The notes: generated from the letters alone by a model not told the origin. DNA of 64,000 bases from an uncultured Dehalococcoidaceae bacterium (GCA_964479165.1 CAYZJO010000005.1:30659-94658); one strand, 5' to 3'. Positions 27,818-37,101 are shown, counted from the stretch's first letter. Translations and numbers: made by a program.

Positions 27818-28840
27818 CTACCCCGGCCGGCGCTCCTCGACCTCGACCCGCCATGTGTTGATGTCCCCGTGCTCGGGCATCGTCACCCGGAACGCGACAG
27901 CATCTCCCTCGACATAGTCACGGAACGGCACACGCAGGAGCCTGTTCGTCCAGTGCGTCCGCCGGTGCAGCGGCGACGTGTCGAACGCCAGCGTCTCGTC
28001 GAATCTGACGCCGAAGTACACGCAGAATCCGTCCAAACGACCCGCACGCGTGACCGTGCGGGTGGCCTCGACGACGTGCGGCGGCTCGTCGCCGCTGCGC
28101 ATCTCGTTCAGGTCGAACGAGAGCACCGGAGTCGGTTCGCCGAGGAAGTGGCTCACGGACGATGGCAGCGCGTGGATGGACTCGTAGTTCGGCGTCCGAT
28201 AACGCTCGAGGAACGGCTCGTCCTTGAGCATCGAAAAGTCGAGGCCGTGCGGCCGCTGCTCCCAGATGTAGGGAACGCGGTGCTCCGGACACATCTGGAC
28301 CGGCTCGATGAAGAGGTCGAAGTGTCCCGGCAGAATCCTGCCGCCGGGCTTGAGCACGCGCTGCTTCAAGTCGAGGAGGTTCGTAATCATGTTCTCCTCG
28401 AAGAGCGCGTCGCCCATCTGTTCGTGGATGACGAGGTCCACCGGCTCATCGGACACGAAGTCGCGGCTGTTCACCGGTAGGAAGCTGACGTTCTCGACGC
28501 CGTTCGCATCGGCAATGCGTCGCGCGACCTCGATGAATGGCGAGTGGTCGAGCGCGTACACCTGCTTCGCCTGCTGCTGAGCCGCGAACAGCGCGAGGAT
28601 GCCGGTGCCTGTGCCGAGGTCGACAACCACATCGCCCGGACGGACGTGCCGTCGGATGGCCTCGTGATACGAATCCACCCGCACGGCGTCCGCGACCATC
28701 TCTTCGTGGACCTGCAGGCGGGTGAAGTTCTTGCTGTTGTCCACGTCGCTGATGAGGTTGCGAATCGTGGGGTTCGACTTCAGCGTCCGCTTCGCGAACC
28801 TGATCGACGACCGTAGCGCGGCTTGAACAGGAACGGGCAT
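27818..28840 (-). CDS. SAM-dependent methyltransferase colinear with type I protein arginine methyltransferases
   Basis: VHEEMVADAVR, VVDLGTGTGIL, HEQMGDALFEE (double-E loop), LKPGGRILP, TSPLHRRTHW (THW loop); start may lie up to 28897. Confidence 0.8.
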   Translation of the reverse strand: MPVPVQAALRSSIRFAKRTLKSNPTIRNLISDVDNSKNFTRLQVHEEMVADAVRVDSYHEAIRRHVRPGDVVVDLGTGTGILALFAAQQQAKQVYALDHSPFIEVARRIADANGVENVSFLPVNSRDFVSDEPVDLVIHEQMGDALFEENMITNLLDLKQRVLKPGGRILPGHFDLFIEPVQMCPEHRVPYIWEQRPHGLDFSMLKDEPFLERYRTPNYESIHALPSSVSHFLGEPTPVLSFDLNEMRSGDEPPHVVEATRTVTRAGRLDGFCVYFGVRFDETLAFDTSPLHRRTHWTNRLLRVPFRDYVEGDAVAFRVTMPEHGDINTWRVEVEERRPG

Positions 28841-29110
28841 GGCGAGACGGCTCACAATCCAGAGGGCGATGGGGTTCGCCGATCGCGGCGCGCTCAAGCA
28901 CCGGGTTCAAGGGAATTGTCGGCTGCGCAGCGTTCGGGCTACAGCGCCAGGGTTGACCCAAGCTGCGCGGCAACAAGGGCAAGCAAGCATCCATCTCCGA
29001 GTCGCCTGCCCGCACGCGCAGCGTAAAGACCCAACCCTCAACGTCGCGTCCGAGTTGTGTCGGGAGACGCAGGAGTGCGCGGGCGTCGCGTTGAGACCGA
29101 CACTCACGTC

Positions 29111-29470
29111 ATGAGGACGGCGTGGCGCGTGGGTCGGAGTTGGCTAAACGACGAAGCCCATCGCTGGCGATGGGTGCCCGCAGCATGGGCGACCTGGTCG
29201 ATTTGCGCCACGCTGGGGACGTACGTCCCGATCTTCGGCTCGGTGCGCGACGAGAGCTTCGCGATGGGTTACAACCCACTTCCGTGGTTGGCGCTCGGCC
29301 TAGTGGCAGCCGCCGTCAACTGGACGTTCTGGTTCGCGATCGGGTGCGCATCCCAATGGTTCCACTCGGCGCCTGACTACCGGAACGCTCGACGATTGCC
29401 GACCACGATGCACCTCGTGGGGGGTCCAGTTCATCTCCTGTCGCTCCTCGTCTTCTGGGCCTGGCAGTAA
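29111..29470 (+). CDS. Trp-rich hypothetical membrane protein
   Basis: 119 aa with about 12 Trp and several hydrophobic segments. Confidence 0.45.
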   Translation: MRTAWRVGRSWLNDEAHRWRWVPAAWATWSICATLGTYVPIFGSVRDESFAMGYNPLPWLALGLVAAAVNWTFWFAIGCASQWFHSAPDYRNARRLPTTMHLVGGPVHLLSLLVFWAWQ

Positions 29471-29522
29471 CCGACCCTCGCCCCTCCCCGCTCGCGCCGC
29501 CTAAGATCGAGCCAACCCTCGC

Positions 29523-29598
29523 GCCCTCGTAGCTCAGGGGACAGAGCAACGGACTTCTAATCCGCAGGTCGGAGGTTCGAATCCTCCCGAGGGCGCCA
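29523..29598 (+). tRNA. tRNA-Arg(UCU)
   Basis: Full cloverleaf: GCCCTCG/CGAGGGC acceptor, CT-TCT-AA anticodon loop (29556-29558), GGAGG-TTCGAAT-CCTCC T-arm, encoded CCA; TAAGAT -10 at 29502-29507. Confidence 0.97.
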
Positions 29599-29619
29599 CG
29601 AGATTTCCGAGGAGCAGCG

Positions 29620-30507
29620 ATGGCCCCGGCCCGGGACGGCAGCGAGCGTGGCGAGGTGCAGGTCGACGGACGCGTCATCGGCTACCGCGTGGTCCGCAGC
29701 AAGCGCCGCCGCCGGACGTTCGAGATCGCGCTCCGGCCTCGCGAGGGCGTCGTCGTCGCCGCGCCGGCGCGCGCGTCACGTCGCGAGGTGGCGGAGGCGG
29801 TGCTGCGCCACGCCGGCTGGATCCTCCGCACGAGCGAGCGCGCCGAGCTCGAGCCTCGGAGGCCCTTCGCCGACGGGGATCCGCTCCCGTTCCTCGGTGA
29901 GACGCTGGCCCTCGGCATCGAGCGTGGCCGGGTGCGTCGTGCGAGGGCTGAGCGCGTGGGGCAGCGGCTGGTGGTGACGCTGCGGGCGCCCTCTCCTCAG
30001 TCCGCCGAGCGCGGGGATACCCCGCAGGCCTCTCCCTTTATGGGAGAGGAGGCCGGAATCTCCTCGGCTATCAATGGTGCCGAGGTCAGAGCGCTCTCCC
30101 TGTTCGACTGGGGAGGTGCTTCGGTCGCCTCTCTCGCCTTCGACTCCGACTCCGACGCAGACATCGAAACCGCGCTTGAGCGGTGGTACCGCGAGAGGGC
30201 TGCGGAGGAGTTTGCGGCGCGCGTCGGGCGGTGGGCGCCCGAGGTGGGTGCGGCGCCCTCGAGGGTGCTCGTGCGGGCGCAGCGGCGGCGGTGGGGCAGC
30301 TGCGCCGCTGACGGGTCCCTCCGCTTTAACTGGCGGCTGATGCTCGCGGACGCGGACATCGTGGACTACGTCGTGGTGCACGAGCTGGCGCACCTCCTCG
30401 TGCCCAGCCACGCGCAGGCGTTCTGGAACGTGGTCGCGCGCGTGCTGCCGGACCACCGCACGCTGCGGCGGCGGCTGGTTGAGGCAGGGCCTAGCCTGTA
30501 CATGTGA
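29620..30507 (+). CDS. YgjP/SprT-like (DUF45) zinc metallopeptidase with internal insertion
   Basis: RRWGSC, FNWRL, DYVVVHELAHL, HAQAFW; extra about 45 aa near 29995-30150. Confidence 0.88.
   Translation: MAPARDGSERGEVQVDGRVIGYRVVRSKRRRRTFEIALRPREGVVVAAPARASRREVAEAVLRHAGWILRTSERAELEPRRPFADGDPLPFLGETLALGIERGRVRRARAERVGQRLVVTLRAPSPQSAERGDTPQASPFMGEEAGISSAINGAEVRALSLFDWGGASVASLAFDSDSDADIETALERWYRERAAEEFAARVGRWAPEVGAAPSRVLVRAQRRRWGSCAADGSLRFNWRLMLADADIVDYVVVHELAHLLVPSHAQAFWNVVARVLPDHRTLRRRLVEAGPSLYM
30029..30057. repeat. REP-like palindrome family A, intragenic copy
   Basis: CCTCTCCC-TTTAT-GGGAGAGG-AGGCCGGA inside the peptidase CDS. Confidence 0.75.
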
Positions 30508-30537
30508 CTCCGGCCGCAGCACGCGAGAGGAACGCAC

Positions 30538-31233
30538 GTGCCCGACACTGCGAACGAGGGCTTTGGAGGTATTCCGCCCGACGATATCGACGCGCTCCTC
30601 GAGCGGGCCGGTGCATTGATCGCTGCCGAGCGAAGGCTCCCCAGGTCCGCGCTCCAGCCGCTGCACGATGGCATCGAGCGTGGACGCTCCAACCATGTGC
30701 GCGCCGCTTTCTCGCAATCGCTCGTGGTACTCGCGCAGGCGGACGATCTGCCCGCGCTGTCGAGCGACCTACTGCACCACGACCGCAGCCAGGTGCGTGA
30801 GGCCGCCTACGACGGGCTGATCGAGCGCGGTGTCGAGGCGCTGGCCGCCCTCGAGGCGCTGGCGACCGATGAAGGGCGGGAAGTGCGCTGGTTCGCCTAC
30901 CAGGCGGCGGCGCGCCTCGAAGACCCCGCGGCCGTCCCGCTGCTCGTGCGCGGGCTGCGCGACGACGACTTCTCGATCCGCTGGACCGCCTCGAACGCGC
31001 TCATCGAGCGCGGTCCGCTGACGGTGCAGCCCATCCTCGAGGCTGTGGCGAGCGAGCGTCCGTCGATCCCGTTCCACGAGGCCGCGCGGCGGGTGCTGTC
31101 GCGCATCGAAGCGGCGCCTCCGCTCGACGAGGAGGTGGCCCGACTCGTGGACGCGCTCGGCCGCGAGACGACGAGCGTGGAGTCGCCGTCGCTGGCGCGC
31201 GACATCGTGAAGCGGCTCTGGCCGCGGCCGTAG
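30538..31233 (+). CDS. HEAT-repeat protein
   Basis: Repeated VREAAYDGL, VRWFAYQAA, IRWTASNAL units. Confidence 0.75.
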   Translation: MPDTANEGFGGIPPDDIDALLERAGALIAAERRLPRSALQPLHDGIERGRSNHVRAAFSQSLVVLAQADDLPALSSDLLHHDRSQVREAAYDGLIERGVEALAALEALATDEGREVRWFAYQAAARLEDPAAVPLLVRGLRDDDFSIRWTASNALIERGPLTVQPILEAVASERPSIPFHEAARRVLSRIEAAPPLDEEVARLVDALGRETTSVESPSLARDIVKRLWPRP

Positions 31234-31318
31234 TCTCGGGACCTACTAGACAGAAGATCGGGGTTATCCCCGACGGCCGGTGGGCCGGCGGCGCACTACG
31301 TTAATGATGCGCAAGGCC

Positions 31319-31418
31319 GATACGCCGGCCCGCAGGGCCCGCCGTAGACCCCCCGCCACGGCGGGCCTTCCCACGACTGAACGCCCGCCGACCGTACCCG
31401 GCGGGCGTTCGGCGTATC
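31319..31418. repeat. Nested double-hairpin element between convergent genes
   Basis: 10-bp (31336-31367) and 12-bp (31379-31410) perfect hairpins sharing a GCCCGCCG core, enclosed by 9-bp GATACGCCG/CGGCGTATC. Confidence 0.6.
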
Positions 31419-31434
31419 TGGGCCCGGCCCGCGA

Positions 31435-32112
31435 CTAGCCTTGGCAGCGCACGAAGAACGGCGTCGAAGCCTCGAGTGGGGAGGGGAAGCGCGTGTTCAC
31501 GGCGGACGGTGCTCCGGCCACATAGACCCGCCACTCGCCGCTCACGATGACCGCGATCGACTGCACCCGGCAGCCCGCCTGCAACAGCGACGACCCTACA
31601 TCGGCAACCGTCGCGACCCGCGCTGTCACCAGGAGACCCACACTCCCCGCAGGGGGCGCCGTGCCGCTGAAGGCGCGGGTCGACCCGTTCGGTGCCGGAC
31701 CGTCGACCGCACCCGGTGGAAGCGGCTCCGATGACACCTCGGCAGGGTCGATGCCACCGGCCGCGAAACCGGCGGCGTCAACGGCTGCGTGGTAGCGATA
31801 GGCGATCGATCCGGCCTGCGCCCAGACCACCCAGCCCGGGACGAGCGCAAGCGTGCAGGCAACACCCGGTCGGTAGATGCCGACACACCCGTCGCTCCAG
31901 GTCACTTCATCGACTCGCACGAACGAGACGTCTCCGAGCGCCACGCCGGTGCGCTCGGCGAGGTCGGTGCGGATCGTGTGCGCAACGCTCTCAGGCACGC
32001 CCATGTCGCCCGGCTGCTGTGCGTTGACACGATCAGTGACTACGGCCAACGCAACGAGGATGGCGAACAGTCCGGCGGCCATTAATCGTGTCGTGCGCGC
32101 GTGCGCTTCCAT
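31435..32112 (-). CDS. Secreted hypothetical protein
   Basis: Signal peptide; VTWSDGCVGI...CTLALVPGW motif. Confidence 0.6.
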   Translation of the reverse strand: MEAHARTTRLMAAGLFAILVALAVVTDRVNAQQPGDMGVPESVAHTIRTDLAERTGVALGDVSFVRVDEVTWSDGCVGIYRPGVACTLALVPGWVVWAQAGSIAYRYHAAVDAAGFAAGGIDPAEVSSEPLPPGAVDGPAPNGSTRAFSGTAPPAGSVGLLVTARVATVADVGSSLLQAGCRVQSIAVIVSGEWRVYVAGAPSAVNTRFPSPLEASTPFFVRCQG

Positions 32113-32186
32113 CGGCAACTCCTCGCGCACATCTTGCCACGATGCGCGCCAGTGAGCGCATCCACTCTCGTGCGCCGCGAGGCCGG

Positions 32187-32507
32187 CTACGGCTCGCCGA
32201 TCTCGGAAGGACGCTCGCTGTCGTCGGGGGGCGAGGGTTCGCCCGCTCGGCGGACGCCCCCGGCACCCTCGTCCGTGCTCCCCACCAACTTCGACTGGTC
32301 CGGCGTCTGGCCGCTCGTGCCGCCGTAGGCGTCCGTTTGCGCGCGCTCGGCCGCCTCGAACTGGTCCCGGCCCTCCAGGAGGCCGATGAGCGCGTCGCGG
32401 TCCGGAGCTTCCTGAACGGAGAGTCCACGCTCCTCCGCCAGCTTCCGAAGCTGCGCCTCGTCCATTTCCGTGTATCGAACGCGCCGCTGCTCTGGGTTCA
32501 TCGTCAC
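32187..32507 (-). CDS. Small hypothetical protein (possible HeH/Rho-N-like helical motif)
   Basis: QLRKLAEERGL...DRDALIGLL. Confidence 0.5.
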   Translation of the reverse strand: MTMNPEQRRVRYTEMDEAQLRKLAEERGLSVQEAPDRDALIGLLEGRDQFEAAERAQTDAYGGTSGQTPDQSKLVGSTDEGAGGVRRAGEPSPPDDSERPSEIGEP

Positions 32508-32613
32508 CTCCCGACTCGGTTGTACGTGCGGCGCCGATGCACTCGCGACGCAGCAGCTCGGTTGCGGCGTGGCGGATTGCTTACAGGACGGGGGCGCCGA
32601 GCTGAGTCGGAGG

Positions 32614-33816
32614 TCAAACGACGATGAGCGGGATGCGCATCTCCTCGGGCGTCAGCCCGGAGTGCTGCGACGCCTGCCGGAGCGCGTCGCGACCGCCGTT
32701 CGCGTCGAGGTAGGCGAGGATGTCGGCCCCGAGGGAGATCGCGACGAAGTCGCCGAGACGGAGGCGGGTTTCCTCGGTGAGCGGGTCCGGGCCAAACAGG
32801 CGCAACTCGTCGACCTCGTCGACGGTGAGCAGCGCGAAGCGCTCTGCGAAGCGCGAGCGGAACTCGTGCGCGAACTGCTCCTCGCGCCCGGGACGCACGT
32901 GGAAGTGCAGCGTCCGCGGATCGCCCGCGGGCGCGGTCTTGAGTAACGAGGAGAACCCGTCGCTCGAACGGATCCGATGCCGCCCGCTCTGCGGCGCAGG
33001 CAGATGTCCGTGGTCCGCCGTGAGCACGATCCGTGCACGCCCCTCGAGCGCCTCGGCAAGCAGCCGGACCGTCATGTCGACGGCCAGAAGGGCGGCGCGG
33101 AGCTCTGGTGAGTTCAGCCCGTACTCGTGCGAAGCCCCGTCGACATGGGGGATGTAGAGGTAGGTGTACGTCGGCGTTCGGGCCTGGTCGACGTGCCCCA
33201 GGACGGCGTTCACACCCTCGCGGAGCGCGTTGTAGCCGGCGAACCGGCTACCGGCCGTCGAGTACTGCGAGTACACCGAGCCAGCGATCCGGTCCGGCTG
33301 CACGCAGAGGACGTCTCGTGTCATCCGCTCCCAGAGCGAGGGCACCGGAAACGTCTTCTTGATGTCGACCTCGAGGTCGACGAGTGACCGCTCATCCGAC
33401 CGCCGGATGAACGGCAGGATCGTGGCGGCGCTCCCGATCTCGGGGAGATGGGTCCACCACCCCGTGATCGCGTGCTGCGCCGGCCACGCCCCGGTGGCAA
33501 GCGAGGTCAGCGCGACGGCGGTGGTGGCGGGAAAGAGACTGCGCAACTCGCGCACGTAGTGCTGGTGCAGAAAGGTGGCGTCAGGCTCGGCGTCGAGCGT
33601 CGTACACCCGAGGCCGTCCGCCATGATGAAGACGAGGTGGTCCGGCTCGCCGACGATCGAAGCGACCTCCGCCGCACCTGCCTCGAAGTGGAGTCCATCG
33701 GCGCCCGCCACCGCCGCGAGCACGCGCGCGAGGTCGACGAGCGACGGCTCGGAGGGGGTGGGGCGCAGCAACGTTCCCGCCTCGAACGCCGCTAGCAGCC
33801 GCTCGACGTCAGTCAT
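32614..33816 (-). CDS. Alkaline phosphatase superfamily (nucleotide pyrophosphatase/phosphodiesterase-like)
   Basis: FIMADGLG, FPATTAVALTSLATG, DGASHEYG, LTADHGH, HSGLTPEEM. Confidence 0.85.
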   Translation of the reverse strand: MTDVERLLAAFEAGTLLRPTPSEPSLVDLARVLAAVAGADGLHFEAGAAEVASIVGEPDHLVFIMADGLGCTTLDAEPDATFLHQHYVRELRSLFPATTAVALTSLATGAWPAQHAITGWWTHLPEIGSAATILPFIRRSDERSLVDLEVDIKKTFPVPSLWERMTRDVLCVQPDRIAGSVYSQYSTAGSRFAGYNALREGVNAVLGHVDQARTPTYTYLYIPHVDGASHEYGLNSPELRAALLAVDMTVRLLAEALEGRARIVLTADHGHLPAPQSGRHRIRSSDGFSSLLKTAPAGDPRTLHFHVRPGREEQFAHEFRSRFAERFALLTVDEVDELRLFGPDPLTEETRLRLGDFVAISLGADILAYLDANGGRDALRQASQHSGLTPEEMRIPLIVV

Positions 33817-33906
33817 CCCTCCCCCTGCCCAGGGGGCCTGCGACCCGGCGTGTCGGGGCCGACCCGTGCTCACGCTATCATGACGGCGCAGGCCCGGAGG
33901 CATGCG

Positions 33907-36234
33907 ATGTCCCCCTCGGCGGGCCCCGTGCAATCGTTGACCCCCGAGTCGCTGCGCGCGCTCCTCGGCGAAGCGTACGACCGTTACACGTTGGAGGAGC
34001 GACGGCGACACGTCGAGATGCTGCAACGCGTCAGCGCCGCTCGGGATGCCGTGGTCGAGGTCGAGTCGCGCGGGACGGAGGGGTGGCGCGTCACCGTCGC
34101 CGCGACTGATCACGTAGGCCTGCTGGCGAGCATCGCCGGCCTCATCTCCGCCTCCGGCGGCGACATCGTCTCGTGCGACGCCTTCACCCTCCCTCCTCCG
34201 CAGTCCGCGCCGAAGCCGAGCGAGCCGCCCGCGGCGCGCGCTGCACGCGGGCCAGCAGCGCGGCGCTTTCGCGGCGCGCCCGGTCGCGCTGCGAGAGCCA
34301 CGGCCGGCCCCGGCGCCTCGAGCGCATCCTCCGAGCGTGGCCTCATCCTCGACGTCTTCGACATCGCCATGCGGGAGGGCGCCGAGGGCGGCACCGCGGA
34401 CGGCATCGAGGTGTCGTGGGATGCGCTGCCGAGCCTCATCCAAGAGGTGTCCGCACTACTCGGGGAGCGGCGCGCGGACGACGCCCGCGAACGCGTGCTC
34501 ACCCTCGTGTCCGCCCGACCCGAGCCACCCTCTCCCGACGGGGCGGAACAGCTCTACCCCGTCCAAGTCGACATCGACAACGAAACGTCCGACGAGTGGA
34601 CGCAGCTGACGATCCGCTCGGCCGACACCCGTGGCTTCCTCTTCGAGTTCCTCAGTGCGCTCGTGACGCTCGACCTCAGCGTCGCGCGGGCGGAAGTCCG
34701 AACCGTCGACGGCGAGGTGCGCGACACCTTCTGGGTCACCGATGCGCGCGGACGCAAGATCACGGACACCCACCGGCTCGACGAGCTGCGAGTGGCGGCG
34801 GCGTTGATCAAGCACTTCACCCACCTCCTCGGCCGGTCGCCGGACCCCGCGCAGGCGCTCCGACAGTTCGGCTCCCTCGCGCGCTCGACCCTCGCACGCC
34901 CGGACTGGACGTCGCGGCTCTCCGACCTGGAGTCGGAGGACGTGCTCGAGGTGCTGGCGGGGATGCTCGGGGTGAGCCGCTTCCTGTGGGAGGACTTCCT
35001 GCGCATGCAGCAGGAGAACCTCTTCCCGGTCCTCGCCGATGCGCAGGCGCTCGACGGTCGGAAGTCGCGCGACGAGTTCCGCGAGGAACTCGCGGCAGCC
35101 TGTGCCGCTGCCGGTTCGCACGAGGAGGCTGTGCGCCTGCTCAATCAGTACAAGGACCGCGAGATGTTCCGCACGGACCTGCGACACATCACGCAGCGTG
35201 TCGGCTTCCTCGACTTCTCGCGAGAACTCGCGGACCTCGCCGAGGCGGTGGTCTCGGTTGCGAGCGACCTCGCACACCGACGTCTCGCCGCGGAACACGG
35301 CGCTCCGCAGATCGAGGACGGGACCTCGTGCGGCTGGGCGATCGCCGCTCTCGGAAAGTTCGGCGGCCGGGAGCTCGGCTTCGCGTCGGACATCGAGCTG
35401 CTCTTCCTCTACGAGGGCGACGGTCGGACGGAGGGGGCGAAGCCGCTGACGAACGCCGCTTACCACGAGGAGTGGGTGCGCACCGTCCGCGACTCGATCG
35501 CAGCGCGGCAAGAGGGGATCTTCGAGATCGACCTGCGGCTGCGTCCCTACGGGGCGAAGGGAGCGCTTGCGACCTCGGCGGCTGCGTTCGCGGCCTACTA
35601 CTCGGAATCGGGACCAGCGCAGCAATTCGAGCGGCTCGCCCTCGTGCGGCTGCGTCCCATCGCCGGTGACGAGGCGCTCATCGGACGTTTCGTCGCGCAG
35701 CGCGACGACTGGGTGTACTCCGGCGCCCCGATCGATGTCGGCGACATCCTCCACCTCCGCGAGCGCCAATCCGCCGAGTTGGTGCCTTCGGGCCAGGTCA
35801 GCGCGAAGTACAGCCCCGGAGGTGTCGTGGACATCGAGTACTTCGTGCAGGCGCTGCAGATCGAGCACGGACACGCTGACGCCTCGATCCGGGTCCCCGG
35901 AACGCTGGAGGCCGCACAGCGGCTCGCCGACGGCGGTTACGTGCCCGAGTTGTTCGCCGCGAAACTGCAGGACGCCTACGGCTTCCTCCGAAGGCTCATC
36001 GACGCCCTGCGTGTCGACCGCGGTCACGCGAAGGATCTCACCATTCCACCGAGCGACTCGAAGGCGTTCGCCTACCTCGCGCGGCGGCTGTACTTCGAGA
36101 GCCCGGACCACCTCGCGCAGGCCATCGAGGTGCGGATGCGCTTCGGTCGCGCGCTCTGGGAATCGTTCGAACGCCTCCGGCCGGGGTCCGAGATCGGTTT
36201 CCGGCCACCAACTCAGGGTGCGACCCGGCTATAG
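33907..36234 (+). CDS. glnE: Glutamine synthetase adenylyltransferase-like protein with two N-terminal ACT domains
   Basis: ACT-like DHVGLLASIA and DTRGFLFEF...VRDTFWVTD; NTase LGKFGGRELGFASDIELLFLY, IDLRLRPYG, GGVVDIEYFVQ. Confidence 0.8.
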   Translation: MSPSAGPVQSLTPESLRALLGEAYDRYTLEERRRHVEMLQRVSAARDAVVEVESRGTEGWRVTVAATDHVGLLASIAGLISASGGDIVSCDAFTLPPPQSAPKPSEPPAARAARGPAARRFRGAPGRAARATAGPGASSASSERGLILDVFDIAMREGAEGGTADGIEVSWDALPSLIQEVSALLGERRADDARERVLTLVSARPEPPSPDGAEQLYPVQVDIDNETSDEWTQLTIRSADTRGFLFEFLSALVTLDLSVARAEVRTVDGEVRDTFWVTDARGRKITDTHRLDELRVAAALIKHFTHLLGRSPDPAQALRQFGSLARSTLARPDWTSRLSDLESEDVLEVLAGMLGVSRFLWEDFLRMQQENLFPVLADAQALDGRKSRDEFREELAAACAAAGSHEEAVRLLNQYKDREMFRTDLRHITQRVGFLDFSRELADLAEAVVSVASDLAHRRLAAEHGAPQIEDGTSCGWAIAALGKFGGRELGFASDIELLFLYEGDGRTEGAKPLTNAAYHEEWVRTVRDSIAARQEGIFEIDLRLRPYGAKGALATSAAAFAAYYSESGPAQQFERLALVRLRPIAGDEALIGRFVAQRDDWVYSGAPIDVGDILHLRERQSAELVPSGQVSAKYSPGGVVDIEYFVQALQIEHGHADASIRVPGTLEAAQRLADGGYVPELFAAKLQDAYGFLRRLIDALRVDRGHAKDLTIPPSDSKAFAYLARRLYFESPDHLAQAIEVRMRFGRALWESFERLRPGSEIGFRPPTQGATRL

Positions 36235-36322
36235 TTGCGACCCGCCCGCCCGCGACGCGCGCCCGTGCTTGGCGTCGATGGGTCGGGCGCTCCCGTGAGT
36301 GCGACAGCGCCGAGGAGGACCA

Positions 36323-36637
36323 ATGCCGTACATCCGAGTCTCGCTCATGCGATCGAAGGATCCCGCGTCGGCGGAAGCGGCCGGGATCGTCGATGAGTTG
36401 ATCACCTACATGGCCACTCAGCCGGGCTACGTCACCGGTTGGCGCATGACGGCACACGACGGCACCGGCCTGCTCGGCCGCATCACCATCTGGGAAACAG
36501 AGGCGGACGCCGATCACGCGGCTCAGACGGACCGCGTGCTGTCGCTCCGTTCACAGCTCAACCCGCTCGTCGAAGAAGGCTCGCACGAGGAACACGCCCT
36601 CGAGGGGCACGAAGTGAGGTCCGGCGGGGCAGCCTAG
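36323..36637 (+). CDS. Antibiotic biosynthesis monooxygenase (ABM)-like protein
   Basis: GAGGAGG SD; QPGYVT...ITIWETEADA. Confidence 0.65.
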   Translation: MPYIRVSLMRSKDPASAEAAGIVDELITYMATQPGYVTGWRMTAHDGTGLLGRITIWETEADADHAAQTDRVLSLRSQLNPLVEEGSHEEHALEGHEVRSGGAA

Positions 36638-37101
36638 AACCGACGGTCCATCCAGCGGTGCTCAATGCCGGCGTCGAGGAAGACGTCACCGCGCGCGACG
36701 TACCCAAGTCGCTCGTAGAAGGGGATGGCGTGGAGCTGGGCGCCGAGCGTGATCCCCGGGAAGCCTCGGGTTCGCGCCTCGGCCTCGAGCGCTGCCATCA
36801 CCTCGCGACCCACGCCGTGCAGCCGCCACTCGGCCAGCACCGCCACCCTACCGATGTGCGCGTTCTCGCCGGGCGGCTCGCCGAGTAGCAGCCGCCCGGT
36901 GCCGACCGCTCGACCGCCGACCCGCGCGAGGACGTAGATCGCCGCATCGCGGGCCGCGGGGTCGGTGTCGTAGCGGTCGATCTCCTCGGACTCCGGCACG
37001 AGCTGCTCCTCGATGAAGACGATCCGGCGGATCGCGAGCGCCTCCGTGCGCTGCTCGGCGGTCCGCACGACCTCGACGACGACTTCGGCGCGATCGCTCA
37101 A
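36634..37101 (-). CDS. GNAT N-acetyltransferase (ElaA/YjcF-like)
   Basis: IRRIVFIEEQ, IGRVAVLAEWRLHGVG, LGAQLHAIPFYERLGY, DAGIEH; TTG start inferred. Confidence 0.85.
   Translation of the reverse strand: MSDRAEVVVEVVRTAEQRTEALAIRRIVFIEEQLVPESEEIDRYDTDPAARDAAIYVLARVGGRAVGTGRLLLGEPPGENAHIGRVAVLAEWRLHGVGREVMAALEAEARTRGFPGITLGAQLHAIPFYERLGYVARGDVFLDAGIEHRWMDRRF

Noticed and set aside
27642-29598. Integrated element bounded by the tRNA-like sequence and tRNA-Arg
   Set aside because: The two are on opposite strands, their 3' ends do not match as att direct repeats, and no integrase is present
32614-34443. 609-aa minus-strand ORF as one protein
   Set aside because: Only the C-terminal 400 aa has phosphatase motifs; the upstream part is antisense to the glnE-like gene
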